A stretch of DNA of 59,853 nucleotides, the filler included, from Sphacelaria rigidula (taxonomy: Eukaryota): assembly GCA_964200075.2 (NCBI GenBank). It is 7 parts of 7 records of this genome, joined end to end, with 100 filler letters (N's around TTAATTAATTAA, not from the genome) between each part and the next. Parts side by side here need not be neighbours in the genome. Positions count along the whole stretch, not along the records: positions 51,390 to 59,853 come from CAXNAA020011049.1; 6 more parts are not named here. The stretch is one strand, 5' to 3'. The position numbers and the translations under genes were made by a program. The notes below the pieces were generated by a model that saw only the letters and a list, made by a program, of their open reading frames with translations, made no database searches and was not told the DNA's origin. Below are positions 51,290 to 59,853 of the stretch, in pieces; the first letter of the stretch is position 1, and the number at the start of each line of letters is the position of its first letter.

Positions 51290-51389
51290 NNNNNNNNNNN
51301 NNNNNNNNNNNNNNNNNNNNNNNNNNNNNNNNNTTAATTAATTAANNNNNNNNNNNNNNNNNNNNNNNNNNNNNNNNNNNNNNNNNNNN
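51290..51389. other. artificial contig spacer
   Basis: N run + TTAATTAATTAA + N run. Confidence 0.98.
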
Positions 51390-51429
51390 CTTTGAGAAAC
51401 TAAGAAATTACGGATTCTGCATACTTCTG

Positions 51430-52473
51430 ACGCTGACGACTGTACACAGTCCCGAACAGCAACACCTCCTGATGGCGGCACACTATCCTCATCAAACACC
51501 CCGCGGCGCAACAGTGGAGACACCGCCGCCATCGCCGCCAAATACGCCAAAGCTGTCTATGTGAACAGCAATGCACACGACCACCCCAGCACCACGCGAC
51601 GCTCGTTGTCGCCGCCCGAATTGTGATCGCTAGCTTCATCACGAGGTTGCAGCTCGCTCTGCGTACCCGCTTGACGCGGGTCACACGCTCCTGTTGTTTC
51701 GTTCATGCAAGACGTGTCCACAGCTACACGCTGCTCCGGTGGCAATTCCGCCTACCCGGCATCCGCCTGTCCTTCAAGCAGACACCCCTGCGAGTCATCT
51801 AAATAAACTCCCGCCGAATCTCTGGAGCAGATAGACTCGCCCCGAGTATCGCAAGCCCCAAGCTTGCTCTGCTCACGCACATCACGAAGATAAGACCCCG
51901 TTGCAGCGGTGGGCATACTCTCCGGGCAACCCATGCAAGGTGTGTCCCCAACCACGCGCTGGTCCGGCGAACACAAGCAACCAGGGCCTTCACCTCTCAG
52001 CGCTAGCTCATCGGAGCAAATTGGCTTCGCGCTTCCAACAGCAGGGGCAGCAGCGGCGGGATCAAATATCCCCGCTTTAGTCACCACCTCCTGCTCAGCG
52101 CACTGCTGAACGGCAACAGCGGCAGCTGAGCTGCCTGTATTCCCTTCGAGCTGCGTGGCATGTCCGCTCACTTCAACAGCAATGCCAGCAGCATCTAAAC
52201 CAATGCTAACTGTGGTACTGTCGGCGGGCGCGCTCTAATGCCTACCCGCTTTGACAGACACGTGCTGTGTCTCCTTCCCGCTCTGCATAGTGGAAACATC
52301 TGCCCTGTATCGTTGCTTCAGACGCGCACTACCGACTGCACGTTCAGCGGGTGCACTGTCGTGCCTGTTCCCTCTGGCAGACACATGTTTCTCGGCTTTC
52401 AGAGTGCAAGCAGCTGCCCTGTATCGTTGTTTCAGACGCGCAGCACCTACTGCACGTTCGGCGGGTGCACTGT
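51430..52473 (-). pseudogene. Gag-derived unit A, 3' part (repeats, Ala/Cys-rich region, hydrophobic segment)
   Basis: One reading frame with isolated stops through the ORFs starting at 52171, 51745 and 51550. Joins 57141 once the LINE is removed. Confidence 0.72.
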
Positions 52474-53275
52474 GCGATCACTGCAGGCTCGTTCGTAATG
52501 TCGCCGTCCACCTTCAACCCCCCAACTCGCCGGACTCTGACCGAAACATCGTGTGCGCCCCAGTACGGCTCCTTGGTCGCTTCGCACACAACAGACCTAG
52601 ACGAATCCCAACTGGGCGTACACCGATCGACAGACGGGCAATAGCATCTGACCCCGTCAGACGTGAGCAGCTCACCCAGCTCATCATCAGCGAGCTCGAA
52701 CAGAGTATACCTGGTGATACAGTCGGCAGCTCACTGGCTACACACTTTGCCGACGTACGCTTGAGTGCCGCTGAAAAGGTGGTACCCCGTCTGACCCGAA
52801 AGCCACGTACACCGGTGTGGTTCGAGGATGCTGAAATCAAAGCGGAAATCGGAATCGCTTGGATGGAGAGATAAAGGGCGAGATCAACAGTGAAACTGGC
52901 GTCATCTCGAGATAAACTCGCATGGCGAACTTTGCGAACAGCATGAAAAAAACAAGTGATCCAAGCTGGGGTTGATAAATATATGGATGTATAGGAAGTG
53001 GGGCGCCGACGGCGCGGAGGGTATATGCTAGAGAACTAGGGGAGCATACCCGAGCGGGGGACATGAGAGAATGGTACAGACATCTCAACGGAGGATGGAG
53101 ACTGTCTGGACGACCAACCGAGAGTGAACAATACATTCGAGATGAGTACGGTAATTTACTGCGGGACAGAGGTTTGATCAGTGGGAGATGGGAACGTTAC
53201 TTTTCTACATTTCTGAACGCCATACCGGCAACTATCGACCGCACCATCATCGAGAAGATTGCTCAACGACCAATA

Positions 53276-54899
53276 CACACGCGGCCATTCGGCTACCTGT
53301 GGAGGATTTTGTAAAACGAAACCCTCCCTAACGTCCGTTTTTAAAATGCCCTCTAGAGGATATTGGGCATTTGTAATCCTCTAGAGGGTTTTCAAGGTTG
53401 GGGTCTCCCTCGAACGTCTGTGTCGAACTCCTCTCGATTTTTTTTGAAGCACGCGCATGCTATGGAAAACGCAATTTGTACAACCTCTGCTGTTCGAAAG
53501 AAATCCTTCATACCCGACGTCGGGCAGAACGGATTTATTTCGAACAGCACAGGCTGTACAAATCCCATATACACTGGTAGGTGATATTTGTAAAGCAAAA
53601 GCTGTTCAAAACAATCTTCCGTTTGCCCATCAATTCATCCTGTAATTGAGCAAAGGAAAGACTTGTTTACGAGCAGCCTCTGCTGCTCAACTCCCACATA
53701 CGAGTGTATGTTCACACGGCCGCGCTATGCAGCACTAGCCGGTGGGTATATGATGGAAGGGGACATACCTTGCTCTTGTATGCCTACAGGTTTTAAAAAC
53801 CCCGTAGTCCGTGGTCTACCAATCGAACATAAACAGCAAAACATGTTTTTCATGCATGTACTTTGATATGACCAAAACGAGAATGAGCACGCGGTTTGGT
53901 GCTGTATATACTGGACTGCGTACAATACCATACAGGACAGCAGTATTATATATCGTGCTTACACATGTACGGTGCAATATACTGCAGAGTTATAGCGTGG
54001 CATATGGGCTACGTATCGCTGTACAGAGTGGATGCTCGTAACTTTGCGTACATGGGGGTGTGTTATATACCATCGGCTACTGCAGTATAGACCACCGCGC
54101 GTGTTCTTGCAGCATGCAATCAACTGCCGTCAGTAGGACGTGAAAGGGAAGCGGACAAAGTATACAGTACAGACAGCGCAGGACTAGGTATGTTTTCTGT
54201 TCACAGTGAGACGTGCAAATGACTTGAACAGCGTGCGCAGCTTTGTCTATGGCTGCACTGTCCATGATTACTCGAGTGTGTACGCAGTAAGCCGCGGTCA
54301 TTCCCCGCACCCTCTGTACCCCGCGTGGTGCCGCCGCCGCGCCTGTGCCCAACCCGTGTTCTTTCCTGCAGGGTTGTGGTGGTAGCTGGGAATAAGGGTT
54401 GTGCGGGGTTTGCATGGTTCGATCTGTGAACGTGNNNNNNNNNNGTGAACGTGGCGCGTAATAAACTACCACAAGATTGCTGGGGTATGCATTTCACAGC
54501 AGCAGCGATATGGTCATGTATATATCGGACTGATTCGGGAAACTCGAGGAGTACTCACTGGAGCATCAGATGCCCTCGAGAGGATTCATTGATGTCCATT
54601 CCAGAGGGATGAAACACCCCTACAGAGTATTCAGACCTCAGAAGTAAGTCACTGGAGCATCAGATGCCCTCGAGAGGATTCGTTGATGTCCATTTCAGAG
54701 GGATGAAACACCTCTAGAGGGTATTTAGACCTCAGAAGTCACTGGAGCTTCAGATGCCCTCCAGAGGATTCGTTTATATCCATTCCAGACGGATGGAATA
54801 CCTCTAGAGAGTATTATACCCTCCAGAGGGTCATTTACCCACCAGAGGATGAAAATCACGATAGAGGATTTCCAAACAGGGGCCGAATGACCGCGTGTG
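53276..54899. mobile_element. non-autonomous DNA transposon with TA TSD (Tc1/mariner-type target)
   Basis: 18-bp TIRs CACACGCGGCCATTCGGC / GCCGAATGACCGCGTGTG (17/18), TA on both sides. Removal restores the LINE frame QRPIASSLEDPP. Confidence 0.92.
54556..54830. repeat. ~90-94-bp tandem repeat, three units
   Basis: cactggagc.tcagatgccctc.agaggattc at 54556, 54650 and 54740. Confidence 0.88.
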
Positions 54900-56797
54900 T
54901 AGCGTCGTCACTAGAAGACCCACCAAGCCTAAGTGAAACTGTGGAGGCTCTGAGAGCTATGCCGAACGGCAAAGCAACCGGTCCGGATGGTATTCCTGCT
55001 GAAATCCTGAAGCTTAGACTCAACGCGGAGGCGTCGGACATTTTGTACCACTTCCACGACATCGTCTCTGCGGTTTGGACATCTGGCGAGGTGCCGCAAG
55101 AATGGAAACATGTCACCATCAAAGTCCTACACGAAAAACAAGATAGGACCCAGTGCAGTAACTACAGAGGTATTTCACTTGTGGCACATACTGCTAAAGT
55201 TCTCCTCAAACTCGTAGCCAACAGGCTCGGTGATTTTTGTGAGGAAACAGATGTCTTCCCGGAAGAGCAGTGTGGATTTAGGCGCCAAAGAACGATCACA
55301 GATATGATGTTCGTAGTACGCCGACTCCAGGAGTTCAAACGGGCGAGCAACATCCCAATAGACATATGCTTTATCGATCTGCAGAAAGCCTACGATTTTG
55401 TAGACTGCACACCCCCGTGGGAACTGCTTGCTCGGTTCAGAGTCCCGTCGCGAATGATCAAGATCATCCATATGTTTCACCACGGTATGCGAGCTTGAGT
55501 ACAGCTAGATAGTGGCGAAACATCAGCGTGGTTCGACGTCTGCCTGGGACTCGGACAAGGTTGCGTTTCGTCTCTACTGTTGTTCCATATCTTCGGAGCA
55601 GGTTTGGTGGAAGTAATCGTCCAACGGTTTGCGGTGGACCCACTCATCGCCTCAGATTTGGTCTTTCTAGATGATGCGCCAAAAGGTGTCGGTGGTGAAC
55701 CCGTGGAAGAGACACCACTGGAAAAGGTGCGACGCGCGGTGTGGGCAATGCTTCATGCGGACGACCCCGGCATAGCCTCGAAGACCTCAGAAGGCCTTGC
55801 TCGAATGATGGCCGTGATAGTGATGACCTGCCAGGAATTTGGCCTGATGGTCTCCGAGACCAAGACAAAGTCCATGCGCCTTTGGTCAGTACCCAGGTCA
55901 ACATAGGCCACCCTGGATATCAGAGCTGCCGGTCAACAGTATAAGCAGACGGGGAGGTTCATCTACGTTGGTGGAGCCATCAGCGCAGATGCGAAATGTC
56001 CACCGAAATCAACCGCCGTATCAGCGCGGCTTGGGTGCGTATCCAAAAATATAGCTCCCAATTCTACAACCGACCCAACGCCGAGCTATCCTTGAAAGTT
56101 CGACTGCTTAAAGCGGAGGTGATGGAAGCTTTGTTGTATAGGTGTGCCACATGAACGCTACGTCCTGAGGACTTCGACAGTCTGCGCACTGCTCATCACA
56201 AGGTCTTGCTGCGAGTGGTTGGATTCCGCAGGAACGATCGTAATGGCTACAAGATTTTTTTCGTACGGAGCGATGCCCGAGATGACCAACTGCGAACGTA
56301 TCGAGACGACTATCCGCAAACGTCAAACCTGGTTCACAGGAGCCCTTGTCCGGCAGAAGGACACACGCCTTCCCAAGCGTGTCATGAACGGTCGGCTTTC
56401 CACACGAGGACCAAAGGAGGTCGGCCGCCCCCCTAAGCAATGGGACGATACCCCAGAGGACAACCTACGTGCGCTAGGGGCTGTCCCGCACAAAAGAGCC
56501 CGACGAAAGTGGTTTGTCTACGGTGTAGAGGTCAACGATGCATACGATTGGGTCACTGCGGCGAAGGACCTGGGCAAATTGCATATTGGAGTCGAAAAGG
56601 GAGCCGAAGAGTTTGAGGACACGTGGCGACGCGCGGACAAGCGAGAATCAGACCGACGTCACAAGCGAGAGGCTGCTACGTCGAGGGCTGCCAGTCGAAA
56701 AATCCTGTGTCCTCTCATATCGGCTGTTGATTACGTCCTTAGTCGGTGGCTCCGATGTGCCCACTGGTGTGTGTCTGTATCTATTCTGCTGCCATGA
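54900..56797 (+). pseudogene. LINE reverse transcriptase, disrupted
   Basis: ORFs 54887-55498, 55580-55906 and 56144-56797, separated by stops and frameshifts. Confidence 0.9.
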
Positions 56798-57140
56798 ATC
56801 CCTTACGCCCCCCCCCTTTTTTTAATCGTTTCATTGTATTTTTTCTGTATTTGCGTTGTACTTTCCTCTTGTTTTCCTTTCTCTTGCTTTAAGTCGGCCA
56901 TTTCTTTCTGTGCTTTGCTTGTGTTGAATTTATTACTTTTTTTTGTCACGACTTAGTCTGCGATATCGTTCTGTTCAACCCCTCTATTTTTTCTGTTCCC
57001 CTTTTTTTCTGTTCCCTTTTTGCTTTTTTTCCTTAGAGCGTGTTTGAATTTGTTTTTCTTGGGTACACCTTTCATGAGACCACGGCTGGACCCGTTGTAG
57101 GTCAGATAAAGTGCGACAACCAATCTTTTAATCAAACTGT

Positions 57141-57640
57141 CGTGCCTGTCCTCTCGGGCAGACACACGCTTCTCGCCCTTCACAGTGCATGCGGGAGCGC
57201 CCTCATGCCTGTCCCCTCCGACAGACACGTGCTGTGTGACCAGTGCGCGCTTCACAGTGCGATGCACCCCACCGGACGGCGCATGCTTGCGCAGCACGAA
57301 AAGCAGCTGCTCCTGCCCAACATCATAAGCATTCTCCAAGAACGTGTCACAAATGTCTCGGCATGAGGTCAGAAACTGCTGTCACCTCAAAGAGGTTTGT
57401 CCACCGTGCGTTCACCTGATCTTCATCTCGCACATACTTCTCGTATTTCCGCAGAACCTCAGCTGATTTCTCACTCGGAAAACTGCGGCCGTAATACGGC
57501 ATCTCCAGCGCCAGTACAGGAACAACACGACCATCGACGATAGCATATTGCTGCGCCTCATCATTTTGAACAGTCGAACAAGCTTTGCCGCTACCTCCAC
57601 GCTTTTCATCAAGCACCGAGCCACCACGACATGTGTACAT
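57141..57640 (-). pseudogene. Gag-derived unit A, 5' part (Gag N-terminal half)
   Basis: LEMPYYGRSF....RKYEKY...VSDLMPRH...LRKHA aligns with LKAPEYGRHF...QKYVEY...VTELVPKH...LGRHA of the gag at 32819. Confidence 0.75.
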
Positions 57641-58384
57641 AGTGGATAATCACAAAGCAGCACCTCAACAGCTCAACAGCGCATCCAGAAAAACCAGCGT
57701 TGTTGCTCAATCACAGAAACAACAAGTTTCCATAGACCAAGACACGCTTGGCCACCAAACGACAACGGCAACAGCGCCTCTTCCTCACGCAGGGTTCACC
57801 ACGTGTTTGAAGTCCTTAGACTCCTTAATGCGGCTGGCCAAGCTTGAGCCAGCCCTTTCGCAATTCTACCCTCTCAAGTAGTAATTGCGCCGCATTTTTT
57901 CTGGCAGACTCTCCCGGCAACCAAGCTGGTGATCAATCGATACCGAAACGCACCCTAGCACTACCTCAGAACCTTCTCGGCTCTACTCCTGCCATCCTCC
58001 TGCGCGCTACCATCCTTCCAGAAGGCTTCTTCCCTTCAGTTGCTTTGGCTTATATGATGACCAGCGCCTCTCTTTCCGCCGCTTCCTTCCCTCCTGTTTT
58101 CCAACGTAAGCGTCACCCGCTTTACAGACTGTGGAGTGCAGCTTCAAAACCTAGATCCAGAAACGACAAATTTCCTGAGTAAACCTTTATTTTGAACCTA
58201 CCTCTCAGCAGAACAAGGTTACAGTGGTGCTCCAGAGGCTTCCTCCCTGTCACGGGCTCTAGAGACTTCAAAGACTCAAGCAGTGAAACACACAGCAGTT
58301 TTCCGTTAACCAGAAGTGGTAACCTTGCACCTCGTGTGCAAACATCGTGCATCACAGAGTCCACCGATCATACTCTCAGATCCT

Positions 58385-59853
58385 TTATCCATCAAACCAG
58401 ACAATAAACGCCTGCCATGGATTCTCTCCACTGCGGTCATGTACTGAATCAAGGTAAAAATGTTGCCCGAAATCTAAATCTCTCGCCATGTCACTGGCGC
58501 AGATAGATTGACCATGAGCACGGCAAGCTCCAAGCTCACCCTGCTCGTTCGCAACACGCGAATAACACCCCCCCGCAGGTTCGAGCATACGAGGAGTATC
58601 TCCAGCTATGCGCTGGTCCGACGGCAACAAGCAACTGGGATCTCCGCCCACCAGTACTTGCTCATTGGCCCATCTAGGCCTCGCCCTCTCAACATCACCA
58701 ACAGCAGCAGTAGTATCAACCATATTCGCTACAGCCGCCACCTCCTGCTCAGCGCACTCCTGAACGGCAACAGCGGCAGCTGAGCTGCCTGCAGCTACTC
58801 GAGCTGCGTGACATATTCGTCTTCTCCAGCAGCAATGCCAGCAGCATCAAAACCAATGCTAACCGTGGTACTATCGGCGGGCGCGCTCTCATGCCTACCC
58901 GCTTTGTCAGACACGTGCTGTGTCTTCTTTCCGCTCGGCACAATGGAAACATCTGCCCTGTATCGTTGCTTCAGACGCGCCCTACCGACTGCACGTTCGG
59001 CGGGTGCACTATCGTGCCTGTTCCCTCTGGCAGACACATGTTTCTCGGCTTTCAGAGTGCAAGCATCTGCCATGTGTCGTTGCTTCAGACGCGAACCACC
59101 TACTGCACGTTCGGCGGGTGCACTATCGTGCCTATCCCCTCGGGCAGACACATGCTGCACTGTGGTGCCTGTCCCCTCGAGCAGACACATGTTTCTCGGC
59201 TTCCACAGTGCAAGCAACTGCCCTGTATCATTATTTCAAACGTGGACCACCTACTGCAAGTTCAGCGGGTGCACTGTCGTGCCTGTCCCCTCGGGCAGAC
59301 ACATGCTGCTCGGCCTTCACAGTGAAATCATCTGCCCTGTATCGTTGCTTCAGCAACGCACCACTACTACATGTTCGGCAAGCGCATGGTCGTGCCTGTC
59401 CCCTCTGGCAGACACATGCTTCTCGGCTTTCAGAGTGCAAGCATCTGCCCTGTGTCGTTGCTTCAGACGTGGACCACCTACTGCACGTTCGGCGGGTGCG
59501 CTATCGTGCCTATCCCCTCGGGCAGAAAGCACATGCTGCACTGTGGTGTCTGTCCCCTCGAGCGGACACATATTTCTCGGCTTTCACAGTGCAAGCAACT
59601 GCCCCGCATCATTATTTCAAACGTGAACCACCTACTGCACGTTCAGCAGTTGCACTATCGTGTCTGTCCCCTCGGGCAGTCACATGGTCCTCGGCCTTCA
59701 CAGTGCCATGCACCCCATTCGACGATGCATGCTTGCGCAAAGCGAAAAGGATTTGCTCGTTCTCAATATCATAATCAGGATCCAAGAACGCCTCACACAG
59801 ACATTTCGCAATATGTTTCGGCATGAGGTCAGAAACTGCTGCCACTTCAAAGA
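58385..59853 (-). pseudogene. Gag-derived unit B (Gag fragment, repeats, Ala/Cys-rich region), runs off the window
   Basis: AVSDLMPKH...LRKHA followed by HVSARGDRHDSAPAERAVGG.RLK repeats and a region homologous to 51800-52250. Confidence 0.75.
58900..59705. repeat. ~114-bp (some ~151-154-bp) tandem repeat, about 6-7 units
   Basis: ctgcc.tgt.tc.tt..ttca recurs at about 58953, 59067, 59218, 59332, 59445 and 59599. Confidence 0.9.

Larger units (their letters stand above)
52474..57135 (+). mobile_element. 5'-truncated LINE (probably RTE clade), degenerate
   Basis: End of the APE domain (SDRNIVCAPVRL). RT motifs KATGPDGIPAE, YRGISL, EEQCGFR, FIDLQKAYD, QGC, MLHADD. Pyrimidine-rich 3' UTR ending GTGCGACAACCAATC. 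TSD ACTGT at 52469-52473 and 57136-57140. Confidence 0.92.

Noticed and set aside
58900-59705. CRISPR-like array
   Set aside because: Contiguous diverged tandem units with no unique spacers, no cas genes, and a eukaryotic context.
58808-59826. Long plus-strand Cys-rich ORFs (272, 284, 144, 151 aa)
   Set aside because: They are shadows of the tandem repeat. The Gag homology lies on the minus strand.

Overview
This is eukaryotic, intron-rich and repeat-rich nuclear DNA, most likely from a brown alga or related photosynthetic stramenopile (an inference from a bipartite plastid-targeting peptide, flagellar genes and long introns). It is not one locus. Seven contigs of 8464-8466 bp, in descending length order, are joined by 100-nt N spacers containing TTAATTAATTAA. 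Host genes, all partial and spliced: IFT80 (4 exons, one GC-AG intron), a MYCBPAP-like gene (5 exons) head-to-head with a plastid-targeted orphan gene, a calcyphosin-like gene with degenerate EF-hands (5 exons), and an orphan terminal exon. Mobile DNA: an internally deleted Ty3/Gypsy chromodomain LTR element with an ATAT TSD, a 5'-truncated LINE (probably RTE clade) plus LINE tails, tRNA-derived SINEs, and several TIR elements. The most unusual item is a multicopy family of Gag-derived units with no recognisable pol. In these, the Gag N-terminal half is fused to ~38-aa RGD-containing repeats, an Ala/Cys-rich region and a hydrophobic segment, and units lie head-to-tail. Also notable: a gag copy flanked by 124-bp inverted repeats, a three-level nested insertion, and a pre-miRNA-like hairpin.
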